This document shows, in pieces, positions 1 through 13,196 of a stretch of DNA of 124,000 nucleotides (its first letter is position 1; every line of letters starts with the position of its first letter). Below the pieces are notes generated by a model. The model made no database searches and had not been told where the DNA came from. It saw only the letters and a list, made by a program, of their open reading frames with translations. Where the stretch lies: NCBI GenBank assembly GCA_951406725.2, contig OX597815.1, forward strand, positions 189,864,001 through 189,988,000. Direction: 5' to 3'. The position numbers and the translations under genes were made by a program. The stretch is from Octopus vulgaris (Eukaryota).

Positions 1-40
<40 letters not shown>

Positions 41-1052
41 TACTACGGGCTTCTTTCAGTTTCCGTCTACCAAATCCACTCACAAGGCTTTGGTCGGCCT
101 GAGGCAATAGTAGAAGACACTTGCCTAAGGTGCCACGCAGTGGGACTGAACCGGAACCATGTGGTTGGTAAACAAGCTACTTACCACACAGCCACTCCTG
201 TGCCTATGGAAAAATAAACATTAATGTTTTTTTCTTTCTTCACAGGTTTCTTTATATCATCATCATCATCATTGTTGTTTAACGTCCGTTTTCCATGCTA
301 GCATGGGTTGGAGGGTTCGACCGGGATCTGGGAGGCCAGGAGGCTGCACCAGGCTCCAGTCTGATCTGGCAGTGTTTCTACAGCTGGATACCCTTCCTAA
401 CTCCAACCACTCTGTGAGTGTAGTGGGTGCTTTTTACGTGCCACCGGCACAGGGGAAAAATGAATTAAAAAGGCTTTTCTGATAATTTCTCCACTTTAAC
501 GATTAGATGTTCATAAGTTCACAAAAAGGTGACTCAGATAGGAGTTTGAAAACCACTTTTAAGGGAGAAATTCCTATCAGAGTCACACTTTTGTAAGCTT
601 ATAAAGATCCAGTTATTAAAGTAATCTTATTAGAGTGTGAAAAGAGGGTTAGGGTTTTTTGAATAACTGTGTGTTTCTTAAATGGCTTACAAACACCTTC
701 CACACTGCAATTGTTTTCATTCCAGCACACGATCTCAGATCAAATCACTTGCCTTGCGAGTACATCTCCGTAATATATGGAGGTTACTGTAACTAAATTT
801 ACATCGATTTTATCTTTTAAAATTAGTTTACATGAAAGCCATATCAGATACAGTATGCTGTATGAATTCAAAATGTGATCTTCAGCAATCAAAGCAGAAA
901 GAAATATTCATTCTGTCTATGAAAATGAAGCTTTGAGAGTCTGGACATACTAAAAATGGTTTGGTCAGTTTTGCTCAGGAAATTTTTCTCTTGCAGATTC
1001 CCATCGATCTGAATTACAAAGTTCAGCCAATATCGAGTTTCTGAAAACCTTA

Positions 1053-1281
1053 TTTACTCTTTACACTTTCTTTACTCTTTTACATGTTTCAGTCATTTGA
1101 CTGCAACCATGCTGGAGCACCGCCTTTAGTCGAGCAAATCGACCCCGGGACTTATTCTTTGTAAGCCCAGTACTTTTTCTATCGGTCCCTTTTGCTGAAC
1201 CGCTAAGTGACGGGGATGTAAACACACCAGCATCGGTTGTCAAGCAATGCTAGGAGGACAAACACAGACACACAAACACAT

Positions 1282-1329
<48 letters not shown>

Positions 1330-1490
1330 CAGACTTCTTTCAGTTTCCGTCTACCAAATCCACTCACAAGGCATTGGTCGGCCCGTTGCTATAGCAGAAG
1401 ACACTTGCCCAAGATGCCACACAGTGGGACTGAACCCGGAACCATGTGGTTGGTTAGCAAGCTACTTACCACACAGCCACTCCTGTGCCT
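1053..1490 (-). mobile_element. tRNA-derived SINE family A (about 30 full or partial copies in window), with internal (TA)/(TG) microsatellite
   Basis: Head GGCACAGGAGTGGCTGTGTGG..GGTTCAGTCCC (A/B-box-like), body ..GGCAAGTGTCTTCT.., tail (GTAAAAGA)n; recurs throughout window. Confidence 0.9.
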
Positions 1491-1554
1491 TTGATGAAAA
1501 TTCCAAGCAAGCTGGATGAGAATTAAGAAAACAATTCAGTTCAAGTCCCACTTT

Positions 1555-2125
1555 GATCATAAAGCACCTTCACGAATTAGAAAAAGTGTCTAAACTTGGT
1601 CAGATTGCTTCTCAGCTTAACCAAGGAGTTACTTTCTGCTTGTCATTGAAGATGGAACTGCAACAAAACCTCTTCAAGATAGAATCATCACAAATGATGG
1701 AAAGTTGGTTCCCTACAACCATATTCAATGAAAAACGATAATGGTTAGCAGCTAATGAGAAAAACAAATCAGAGCTAAGTTACATTCTTTGTCTGGTAGG
1801 ACATGAAGAGTGTTGGCTGCCATAGAGTTTTGAACCAAAATAGAACATTTAATACAAATACTGGAATCATTACACAAACTTTCGTAGAACAAGTGCAAAG
1901 TAATTCAGGAAATGATTACGACAGCAAATATGAATGTTTTGTCTCATTCTCCTTACTCGTCTGGTCTTGTTCCATCTGACTGTTATCATTTCAGATCATT
2001 GCAGCATTTTTTAGAAGGAAATTAGCTTATTAATTGTGAAAAGGTTGAAAATGGTGTGGAGTGCTTCTTTGCTTTGCAACTTGAAGAATTTTACAATTCG
2101 CCAAATAGATGGGATTATGTTATCA
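1555..2125 (+). pseudogene. Degraded mariner transposase remnant
   Basis: Reads HLHELEKVSKLGQ.. and HSPYSSGLVPSDCYHFRSLQHFLEG (cf. WVPHEL/YSPDLAPSDY region). Confidence 0.65.
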
Positions 2126-2133
2126 ATGTTATC

Positions 2134-2314
2134 AGGTACAGGAGTAGCTGTGGTGTGATAAGTAGCTTGCTTACCAACCACATGGTTCTGGGTTCAGTCC
2201 CACTGCATAGCATCTTGGGCAAGTGTCTTCTACTATAGCCTCAGGCTGACCAAAGCCTTGTGAGTGGATTTGGAAGACAGAAACTGAAAGAAGCATGTCG
2301 TATGTGTGTGTGTA

Positions 2315-2369
<55 letters not shown>

Positions 2370-2565
2370 CTGTGTATGCGTGCATGTGTATTCGTTTGTC
2401 TGTGTTTGTATGTTTATGTCCCCATCACTTAGCAGTTCAGCGAAAGAGACCAATAGAATAAGTTATAGGCTTACAATGAATAAGTCCTGGGGCTGGTATG
2501 TTCTGCTAAAGGTGGTGCTCCAGCATGGCTGCAGTCAAATGACTGAAACAAGTAGATAAGTAATA
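2134..2565 (+). mobile_element. SINE family A
   Basis: Same head, body and tail as 1053-1490. Confidence 0.85.
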
Positions 2566-2669
2566 AAGAGGGGAAATATTATCTTGATTAGATATATTAC
2601 TTAAGACCAAAGGAATATTGTTTCTTTTCCACCTGGAAGTGCTACTGTCATTTCTTCCCAACCTCTCTT

Positions 2670-3064
2670 TCTCTTTTACTCTTTTACTAGTTTCAGTCAT
2701 TTGACTGCGACCATGCTGGAGCACCGCCTTTAGTCGAGCAAATCGACCCCAGGACTTATTCTTTGTAAGCCCATTACTTATTCTATCGGACTCTTTTGCC
2801 GAACCGCTAAGTGACGGGGACCTAAACACACCAGCATCGGTTGTCAAGCAATGCTAGGGTGACAAACACAGACGCACAAACATATGCACATACATATATA
2901 CGACAGGCTTCTTTCAGTTTCCGTCTACCAAATCCACTCACAAGGCATTGGTCAGCCCGAGGCTATAGCAGAAGACACTTGCCCAAGATGCCACACAGTG
3001 GGACTGAACCCAGAACCATGTGGCTGGTAAGCAAGCTACTTACCACACAACCACTCCTATGCCT
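2670..3064 (-). mobile_element. SINE family A
   Basis: Near-consensus copy. Confidence 0.9.
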
Positions 3065-3355
3065 AATTCTTAGAAATTTAAATTGTTGTTCATAAACCCA
3101 TCATCATTTAATTTCCACTTGCATTGGTCAGATTAAATTTGTTAAGGCATATTTTCTACAGCCTGATGCCCTAGAAATTTAATGAAAATACACTGTAGCT
3201 GTTATTTGATTTGGAGGTCAATGCAGCCAAAATAGAAATGGGAAATAATTGTTGTGGGATTATCAAAATTTATTTAAAGGATTCAAAGTTTGTAACAGCT
3301 AAAACAAACAGTTATGAGAACAATAGGAAGAAAGAAATTTGTGAAGAATTTTTGA

Positions 3356-3590
3356 AGGCAGTGAGCTGGCAGAAACGTTAGCATGCTGGGCGAAATGCTC
3401 ATCAGTATTTCGTCTGTCTTTAAGTTCTGAGTTCAAATTCCGCCGAGGTCGACTTTGCCTTTCATCCTTTCGGGGTCGATTAGATAAGTACCAGTGACAC
3501 ACTGGGGTTGATATAATCGACTTAATCTATTTGTCAGTCCTTGTTTGTCCCCTCTGTGTGTAGCCCCTTGTGGGCAGTAAAGAAATAAGG
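3356..3590 (+). mobile_element. tRNA-derived SINE family B (about 25 copies)
   Basis: GGCGGCGAGCTGGCAGAA..GAGTTCAAATTCC head, GAGGTCGACTTTGCCTTTCATCCTTTCGGGGTCGAT core; ~20-bp flanking duplication. Confidence 0.9.
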
Positions 3591-3639
3591 AATTTGTGAA
3601 GAATCTTTTGAGAATTAATACATATGAGAGTCAACAACT

Positions 3640-3840
3640 ATCAAAACGGTTGCAAGATAACGAAAATTTTAGTAAAAATGAATAAGTAAATGAAAGGAAA
3701 TCAGACTGGTGAGTGTGTTAAATCAATAAGGCATTAAAAGAGAATGACTCACCCCAGACACAATAAAATATGCTTCAACACACGAATTCACATAAAGAAT
3801 CTTGTAAACCAAATACAAAAACAAAATATATATGTAATGC
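3640..3840 (+). mobile_element. PLE pLTR-like family D (degraded copy)
   Basis: Homologous to 12795-13285, 47590-47680, 62700-62835, 65817-65955, 67395-67710. Confidence 0.6.
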
Positions 3841-3926
3841 TTTTATACTAGTATTGCTTATATATTACCAGTGTTGTTTATATAATGAACTATGTACATC
3901 AGCAGCTCAGTTAAAAATTATATTTT

Positions 3927-4294
3927 ACTAGCAGTATCGCCTGGCGTTGCTCGGGTTTGTAAGGGAAATAACTATATAAGCATTTTTAGAGAGTTATAGC
4001 CAAAAAATAGCAAAAAAATGCATTAAAAATGGAAAAAAAATTATGGTAATTTTTTTTTTAAATCGTTGACTCATCGTAGACATTTTTAGAGTTACTTCCC
4101 TTATATAATAGCGAGAAAAAATGCATTAAAATCATAGACTTATCGTAGACACGCGCTAATACCCAGAAGGGCTCGATATGAATCATGACTATAAGATACC
4201 CGGTTTTAGTTAAACTGCACCGCAAAATGTGTGAGTAGTTAGGAATCTAAATCATAGGAGACAGACACACAACTTCACTTTTATATATAAAGAT
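3927..4294 (+). mobile_element. Non-autonomous Helitron/Helentron-like element
   Basis: Starts ACTAGCAGTATCGCCTGGCGTTGCTCGGG, ends CTTTTATATATAAAGAT; related copies 15095-15471(-), 31646-32040(+), 26108-26145. Confidence 0.6.
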
Positions 4295-5528
4295 GTGTTA
4301 GGAAAGCATAACTATATCATATATATATATATATATATATATACCCAGGCCTATTCCTCATTTTTTTTGTGATGAGTGGGTAACCACAGCAAGACACACA
4401 CCAGGCATTCCATTTATTCCTCAGCTCAAAGGAGCGAGCCCGGTTCTATGCTCAGGTCAAGGGTGTGGGTTCGACTACTGCACCAGTGGGGCATTGCATT
4501 CTTGAGCAGAGCACTTAATTTTACATTGCTCCAGTTTGCTCAGCTATAATAAATAGCATCCAGGAACTGAAACAGCCCTCACTCCCTCAATGCAACCCCC
4601 AATATGAGCAGCAGGGCCTGACAAACTATGCTAGTTTATCCCAGCAAATAAGTATATCATAAGAATTGAAATTTATAGGAATTTGCTTAATATTTATTAT
4701 TTTTTTTATAGGAAAGTAATAAATCATAATAAACCATAATAAATCATTGCTTAAAGAGTACTAACTGTTATACAATAAATTAACATCGTCCAAATACATG
4801 TTATTTTTATGTATAATTATAGAACTGAACATAAAGTCAAGACAGTTTTATGAATGCTATTGAGATTTGTTAAACACCTCTAAATGCTGATGTGAGGAAA
4901 TCACAGTATCTCCATTTAAATGTTTCAGTTGGCTATGGAGTTATTCTGGTGACCACAATACTTAGAATTGAATAGCTTCCAAGATCTTTTTAGCACTACT
5001 TTTATCAATACTAAAGAGAAGAATGGCCAAATCATGGCAGACAACGTTCTGACTCAGAACCACAAGGCATGGCAAACTAATAACGATATTTTATTTTTCT
5101 TTGCTGTACTATACACTGATTAAGTATAAAAGTATAAAAAAAAAATAAGAAAAATAAAATTGAAAGAAACGGAAAGAAAGAGAAATCTAGCTTAAGAGAT
5201 GTAGCAAAATTTGTGCCAAAAACGTAATTATTCCTAATTTGAAATGCAATGTAATGTTGAATTGTAAGAAATGTAATGTAACGTAGGATTTTTTTTTAAT
5301 AAACATATAATTTTAGCTCTGCTGAGAAATATAAACAAAGCAGTGTAAATTAAATAATTAATCATATTTGGCAATAATGAAATTTTTTTTTAAATGTTTA
5401 TTTTTTAAGCTATAGAATTTAACTGGATATGGCAACCAAATATTAGTGAACGCATACTATGGTATTGATGTTAAACTAAGGATAGCCTATGACCAAAAGA
5501 TTTCCAGTCATGAACCACCCCATTTCTT

Positions 5529-5755
5529 TTAACCCTTTAGTATTTAAACCGGCCATATCCGGCCAAAATAGCTAATCTGTTTTATGTTCAAAGTGACCAG
5601 ATCCAGGCCCTCACACCTACCCTACAATGTTATTCCACATTAAGTAATTACACCATCAAGATCTTGAAGATATGAGATAATGCATGATTAATTCAAATCA
5701 ATGGGAATCAATAAGCATTATGTTTGATAGAATAATCTGAACACTAAAGGGTTAA
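5529..5755. mobile_element. piggyBac-type MITE family 1
   Basis: TTAA|CCCTTTAG...CTAAAGGG|TTAA; second copy 89353-89581. Confidence 0.8.
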
Positions 5756-6087
5756 GCAATATGCATCCAGAACCAATGTGTCCTCTCCCTTCAAAGATGT
5801 CAGATTATGATATGAAGGAGAATACGTCGTTGTGTGTATGTTCGTGTGTGTGTGTGAGTGTGTGTGTTTGTTTGTGTTTGTTCCCAACCACCACTTGACA
5901 ACTGGTGTTGGTGTGTTTACGTCCCTGTAACTTAGCAGATCAGCAAAAGAAACCAATAGAATAAGTACCAGAGTTTAAAAAAAGTGCTGGGGTTGATTTA
6001 TTTGATTAAAATTCTTCAAGGAAGTGTCCCAGCATGGCAGCAGTTTAAACAAGTAAAAGTAAAATAAAGAGAAGATATACATATATA

Positions 6088-6300
6088 GAGGCGCAATGGC
6101 CTAGTGGTTAGGGCAGCGGACTCGCGGTCGCAGGATCGCGGTTTCGATTCTCAGATCGGGCGTTGTGTGTGTTTATTGAGCGAAAACACCTAAAAGCTCT
6201 ACGAGGCTCCGGCAGGGGGTGGTGATCCCTGCTGTACTCTTTCACCACAATGGCGGTGCCCCAGCATGGCCACAGCTCAAGAGCTGAAACTGGAAAAACA
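6088..6300 (+). mobile_element. tRNA-derived SINE (additional family)
   Basis: GGCGCAATGGCCTAGTGGTTAGGGCAGCGGACTCG..GGTTTCGATTC head; copies at 60150-60345(-), 73370-73750(+), 113130-113410(-). Confidence 0.8.
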
Positions 6301-6407
6301 AAAACAAAATATAGCTTACTATACATGCTTGATTTTAGGTTTTCTATTTTCCTTGTAATGGGCCTGAGATTTTAGGTAAATACCCAGTTTGTACTTGGAA
6401 TGTGTGT

Positions 6408-6680
6408 GAAGGCGCATGGCTTAGTGGTTAGGGCATTTGGCTCACGATTGTAAGGTCGTGAGTTCGATTCCCGGCGACGCATCGTGTCCTTGAGCAAGAC
6501 ACTTTATTTCATGTTGCTACAGTCCACTCAGCTGGAGTTGTACCAATATTTCTACATTAGGGGTACACGTGTCTGTGGATTGCTCAGTCACTTGCACGTT
6601 AATTTCACAAGCAGGCTGTTCCATTGATCGTATCAGCTGGGACCCTCGTCGTCGTAACTGACAGAGTGCTCCTGCTTGGA
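6408..6680 (+). mobile_element. tRNA-derived CORE-like SINE family C
   Basis: tRNA head then GTGTCCTTGAGCAAGACACTTTATTTC..GCTCCAGTCCACTCAGCTG; copies at 32716-33020, 98270-98575(-), 116780-117110. Confidence 0.75.
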
Positions 6681-8103
6681 ATGTGTCCAGAAAAGAGATA
6701 TACTTAAAAGTTCGCAATTTTAATTTTCTTGCATGCAACAAAAAGAGAATGTTTCTTACCTCCTGTTTCAGATATTGGTGGATATGCCCAGTATTTGTCA
6801 GGACGCTTACATGTTCTATTTAATGCCACTACTGTTATATAGCTTTAACAGCTTCCCTCAACGTGATTGTAGAGGGAAGCTGCTAAATCTTTCAGCTACC
6901 AGATGTAGTTTGACTCTGAAGTGGAGCTGTGCTTTCTACAGTCGATGAATGAATGTGGTTATTATGTGTATTGGTTCGTGAATACATTTTCAGTGAACCT
7001 GAAAGCACTTCTTGGCTGAAAACAATTAAATATATTTCTACAGCTAAATTCATGCTAAGGTGATTGTGCAGTGTTTCTGGAAACGTCCTTGGGCTGAAAT
7101 TTGTGACTTTGTGTTGCCTGAATAATTACAGAAGATCTCAACAGAATGCTTATCAAATATTTTTGTGGTATCTACGAGAAGTGGGGAAGTGTGTACGTAT
7201 AAGGATTAGGAAGCATTTTGCGTTATTTGTGAAGACGTTTATACTGTATAGTCTAAAACGTTATTTTCCTGTTTCCGTGTTTAGTTAATCTTAATGCTGT
7301 GTTTACATATGACTAGTCTTGCCATTAGAAATCATTTCAGAATGATCAATACCCTTTTACTTGTTTCAGTCATTTGACTGTGGCCATGGTGGAGCACCAC
7401 CTTAAGTCGAGCAAATCGACCCCAGAACTTATTCTTTGTAAGCCTAGTACTTATTCTAGCGGTTTCTTTTGCCAAACCGCTAAGTAACGGGGGTGTAAAC
7501 ACACCAGCATCGGTTGTCAAGCGATGTTGGGTTGGGGGACAAACACACACACACAAACATATACACACATACATACATATATATATACATATATACGACG
7601 GGATTCTTTCAGTTTCCATCTGCCAAATCCACTCACAAGGCTTTGGTCGGCCCGAGGCTATAGTAGAAGACACTTCTCCAAAGTGCCACACAGTGGGACT
7701 GAACCCGGAACAATGTGGTTCATAAGCAAGCTATTTACCATACAACCACTCCTACCCCTATGTAGAAATTAATAAGGAATGGTTTACGATTTTAGCTAAA
7801 TAAGTTACACATTACTGTTTCTATTGAGTACTTTTCTCCTGCTTGTTGCCACCAAACAGCAACAAAAGTCTGTGCCTGCTTCATGTCGGATGAGCTTTGT
7901 AATTGATCAGAGAATGTTAGCTGAATAATGGAAAAGCACACAATTAAGTACTAGCAGAAAAGAATTGGTATACTACCAATAAAACTATACACAAGCATCT
8001 GAATCTGAAAGAATGTTCAGAAGAACGAAATTGATGCCAGTCTCCTTCAACAAAGTTATTTCCATCTCCTCTCCTCTATGCATGTCTTTGGTTTCAGACC
8101 TAT

Positions 8104-8135
<32 letters not shown>

Positions 8136-8651
8136 ATCAGTTGGTTAGCATGTTGCCAATTGTGGTTATTAGCTCAGTAACCTCCAGCATGTAATTGGCT
8201 TGTAGTGTACACTACGGTAATACTAGTCAATTAATATTCCCGTTTTATCACCCAACCACAAGATTTTAATGAGATCCGGTATTCTGTAACTACAATGTCT
8301 GTAGCAGCATTAGTTACACACAACTTTCGTTGAACAAATATAATAAATTAAGATGAATAGACAATGACAGTTCAATGCATGCTACAAATGTTTCTATAGC
8401 ATGGTGATTTATTTGCAATTGGTGTCTTAGAAAAGTAGCGGACCAAAATTATTAGCCACCTCTGAACCACTGATAGAAAAAAAGTTGCTATTTTTTATTG
8501 ATGGTTCAGGATACCTGATGAAATGGTGGATAATTCTGACTTTCACAATATACCAATTGCAAATAGATTACTATAAGTTTGGAACATTTGTAGCATTCAT
8601 TGAAATGTGATTGTTCATTCATCTTCAGTTAGTGTATATGCACATGTGTGT

Positions 8652-8690
<39 letters not shown>

Positions 8691-9049
8691 TATGTATGTA
8701 CATATGTATAGTAACAGAAAGGGAGGAATTTCGATTATCCCCATGTGGTGAGTTGTAATATGTATATGAAATTAAAGAAGGAAAATGCACACTTTACATA
8801 GTTTTAATATAATTTTTAATACATCATATATTGTGTTTGTTGACCGGTTTCACTTTCTCTAATCCTGACTTTAAAATATATTTAAATGTGTATCTTCTTA
8901 AGAAAAAACTTTTTGTCCATGTCTGAGGAGTTTATGAATGAATCATTCAACAAGTAGAAAAATTTAAATGCAGTTAAATTAGATATTTCCATTCTAAATT
9001 GTTGAAGTTTGAATTAATTTTTCGCTTATGGAAAGTATTTGGGAAATTC

Positions 9050-10400
9050 TGGATATGGTCACAGAAGTCATCTAGTGTTTTATTCCTACATTTAGGTGGA
9101 AGATTATTGCTTCTGTCTTTAACCAGTGATTCATCCTCGTTGTTGTAGTCAGTTAGTGCTTCTGTGAGTCATAGTTTTCTGCAGAATTCTGAAATATTGT
9201 TTTTAAATTCATTATGGTTAACTCTTCGTGGGGTTGGAATGAACTTTAATCCTTTAACTAGTATATTGATCTTTGTTGCAGAGAGATTTTTCTTTGATAA
9301 ATTTGTTACTTTGGGTTTCTCCGAGGAGTTTTGTTCCAACATGTGTCCCTGTTTCTCTCCACTCGGTCTAAAAAAATTTACTGTAATTTGGTTGGTAGAA
9401 GTTAGTATTATTTATATCATTAATTATATCAGTATTGTTATTGTTATTATTATATTGGGATTACTGGGAGGTTGGTATTGCTGTCTAGGTTAACTGGTTT
9501 TACTTACGTGGTTCAGGTTTCTTCGTTGGAATAAATTGTTGAGGTGCTTAATTATGTTTAGGATGTTGAGGAGTTGGTTGTGCTGTCTGGGTAAATAGGT
9601 TGAGTTTCTTTGTTGAGAGGTAGAGGAAGTTTCTTGGACGTTTCTAGTTGCTGGGGAGTAAAATTTACTCCTAACCCTAGGTTGGTTTTTTCTAGAATGT
9701 CTTATTAGTGAGTTGTCCCTATTACTAGATTGAGAATGGGTTATTTCCAGGTGAGAAGTCAGTTTTGTGTGTTTGTGTTCTTTTGGATGTTTATAGTTAG
9801 ATCTCAGTGGACGTGTATTTATGTCTGTAGATGTACGTGTTCTAGATTTTTTTAGGAAGGGGTTATATGAAGTGTAGTCTCTTTTAAATTGAGTTTCGTA
9901 ACTAAGGAAGAAATTAAAACTGCTTTCCCATCGTTGCAGGGAATATATTTCTTCCGACTCACAGCTGTCTTTCCATAGTTTTATAACACTTTCCAAAAGT
10001 TGTTCATCAGCATGTTTAGTGAGTCTAGTAAGCATTTCTTCAGCGGTCGTTTCATATTTTTGTTCGTTATTCGATGCCCTGAGTTTAAGTAACTCAATCT
10101 CTATTTTCATTTTAATGTCATGATTGATGAAAGTGAAACCGGTCGACAAACAATATAAGATATATTAAAAATTATATTAAAACTATGTAAAGTGTGTACA
10201 TTTTCCTTCTTTAAATCCTTATCTATATAAATTGGAGCAATCTCGGGTATAACCAGCTGAAATTGATTGCAAAGATAATCTGACGCTCGACTGAGGATAG
10301 AAAACTCCGAATGATCCGTCCTTGTTTTCCTTGTATCATCTGTCTGGATATTTTGTTGTCCCTTTCTTGTTTCACCTAATAGTCTGGATGTTTTACGTTC
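9050..10400 (-). pseudogene. Penelope-like element, N-terminal ORF fragment upstream of RT
   Basis: 219-aa ORF 9490-10149; downstream reads KVTNLSKKNLSATKINILVKGLKFIPTP..EFCRKL, the NLS..KGLxFxPTP motif preceding PLE RT. Confidence 0.75.
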
Positions 10401-10416
10401 TTGTCCCATTTTTGTG

Positions 10417-10475
<59 letters not shown>

Positions 10476-10492
10476 TAGAGAGAGAGAGAGAG

Positions 10493-10551
<59 letters not shown>

Positions 10552-10838
10552 TAGATATAGATATATATGGATGTACGTATGTGTGTGTGTATATATACAT
10601 ACATACATACATACACACAGTAATCCCTCGACTATCGAGAGTGTTACGTTTCAAAGCCCCCATAGTAGGTAAAAATCCACGAAGTAGTGCACTGTATATT
10701 TTTTAAATTATTTTTATAATTTGTATATATTTATTTTATTATGGAAGCAAAACAACCCCACGGAGGATTCAACGTAAGCTTAAATAATAAGCTACGATAT
10801 GTGAGTCGTGATAGGTGAACCGCGATATGGCAAGGAAT

Positions 10839-10901
<63 letters not shown>

Positions 10902-10971
10902 GGAGTAAACACATAAATGTGAAACAAGGTGGAAAAAAAGAGTACTCAAATACCAGTGGTAGAGTAATATG

Positions 10972-11190
10972 CTTTATTTAAAGCAGCAGAAAATTCAACA
11001 AAACCTGTTACTCTGAGTTTCCCGTTGCCGTTCATCGGACAGTTTTTGCTAGAATGGAACCGATATGTCAATTCTATCCAGACTGGATAGAATAGACTTA
11101 TCGGTTCCATTCTAGCAAAAACTGTCCGATGAACGGCAACGGGAAACTCAGCTTAACAGATTTTGTTGAATTTTCTGCTGCTTTAAATAA

Positions 11191-11192
<2 letters not shown>
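10972..11192. repeat. Fold-back palindrome (~105-bp arms) of a pLTR-like sequence
   Basis: Arms are near-perfect reverse complements; flanked by (TA)n. Confidence 0.9.
11005..11042 (-). ncRNA. Hammerhead ribozyme-like motif (U4C core)
   Basis: CUGU-CCGAUGA-ACG GCAA CGG-GAA ACU CAG AGU A|ACAG. Confidence 0.5.
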
Positions 11193-11225
<33 letters not shown>

Positions 11226-11424
11226 ATGTATGTATGTATGTATGTATGTATGTATGTATGTATGTATGTATGTATGTATGTATGTATGTATGTGTGTGTT
11301 TGCGTGCGTATACACACACAGACACACACGGACATATACATAGATACATTTATAACAATCAAGGTTGAGAGATAATTCCAGGTAGATATAAAATAAGTCT
11401 CAGATGTCTCAGATGTCTCAGAAG

Positions 11425-11530
11425 TCTCCCTGATGAAGCTGTTTTACTAAATAGATTGTATTGATTAACTATTTAATTATCTAATTATATAATTAGCTCT
11501 TGGTAAATCAGCTGAAACCTGTGTCGGATG
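11425..11530 (+). ncRNA. Hammerhead ribozyme-like motif with long stem II insert
   Basis: UCC-CUGAUGA-AGCUG..~65 nt..CAGCU-GAAAC CUGU GUC|GGA. Confidence 0.5.
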
Positions 11531-11640
11531 TTTTATTTATTTGCTTATTAATGTCTATATTTTATGGATTTTATAGATATAAGAATAAATGAATAACTAA
11601 TTAATACACCAGTTTCCATTGTTAACTTTGTTTTATAAAT

Positions 11641-11673
<33 letters not shown>

Positions 11674-11731
11674 CATTTACGTATATATATGTATATATAT
11701 ATATGTATGTGTATATATATATGTGTGTATG

Positions 11732-11804
<73 letters not shown>

Positions 11805-12000
11805 CGGGAAGGTTTACGAAAATAATCAAAAGGCGAAGGCAGGAGGAGTACAAACAAACAATGTATTAGTATGGCTCTCAGGAATAGAAATAAAACAAGT
11901 CTTTTACGTTTCGAGCCTACGCTCTTCGACAGAAAGATACACAGAAAAGAAACAAGGAGAGAAAAAAATTGCGTGTAGGGGCTAACGATCCAACATGGCG

Positions 12001-12069
<69 letters not shown>

Positions 12070-12610
12070 GAAATTTTACCACTATGTGGAAACCCTTATG
12101 CTAGAAGAAGATCCGCTATGGTCTTAACCACTAAGAATTGTTCTCTAGAAAATTTAGCAAACACCAGAACCGTAAGCGAGCAAGACAAATGAAAAGTAAC
12201 AAAAATATAGATTATTCATAAACACATGTTTCACTATCAACAAATTACGTAATTTTACTTACATAGTGTATACATATGGTAGAGTAACCATGCTTCAAGC
12301 TCACCAAAAAGAATTATAGCTGTGCATCCAACCTGAACTCCAGCATTTTATGCTACATTATAATAAAAAAAACCAACTAATCAACCATATAACTTCCACC
12401 TTCAGTCTCTGCTGTTGGGTTTTTTATAAACTCTAGATTTTTCGCTCTAACTTGTAAGTAGTTCTACTACCCGTTGCTAGACATTCCACCCCCTTTCACA
12501 AATTGGATTAAAATGTTATCTCTGATTAGTAAAATCTTCTCTAACTTTGTTGCAAGTATGTATTTGCTCTCTTGCGAATGTTTTTTTACCATTTGCAGTT
12601 GCCATTCTAA

Positions 12611-13196
12611 TGCTTCAAAAAAAAAAAAAAAAAAAAAAGGAAAAGAAAGAAAAAGAAAACAAAGTTTATGCCATGTAGACCAAATTTGAATTAAAAAAAC
12701 TGTTTAGCTAATTAATGAAGAATCATTAAGTTTAGTATAAACTCGAAAATCTATTTGAAAGGAGGCACCATAACTGAAAATTTTAAAAGCATAATCTGTT
12801 GTGTCTGAGGGAAGTCATTTTCTTTTTATGCCTTATAATTTAACACACTCACCGGTAAAATTTCCACTTGTTTCATATTTTTATTTTCCTAAAATTTTCG
12901 TTGCGTCTTGCAACCTTTTCAATAGTCTTAGCCTATTGAAAAAGTTGCAAAACACAACGAAAATTTTACCGGTGAGTGTGTTAAATTATAAGGCACAAAA
13001 AGAAAATGACTCTCCCCAGACACAACAGACTATGTATGGTTTTTAAAATTTCAAATATGGCACCTCCTTTCAAATAGATTTTCGAGTTTATACAAAACTT
13101 AATGATTCTTCATTAATTAGCTAAACAGTTTTTAAATTCAAATTTGGTCTACATCCTATAAACTTTGTTTTCTTTATCTTTTTTTTTTTCGAAGCA
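12611..13196. repeat. Large fold-back: unique flank + family D arm and its reverse complement
   Basis: TGCTTCAAAA..GTAGACCAAATTTG.. vs ..CAAATTTGGTCTAC..TTTTCGAAGCA; centre TTTTCAATAG tcttagc CTATTGAAAA. Confidence 0.9.

Noticed and set aside
10295-10325. CUGAGGA..GAAU hammerhead variant (also 44765-44795)
   Set aside because: GAAA replaced by GAAU and stems weak; kept only as pLTR-like sequence
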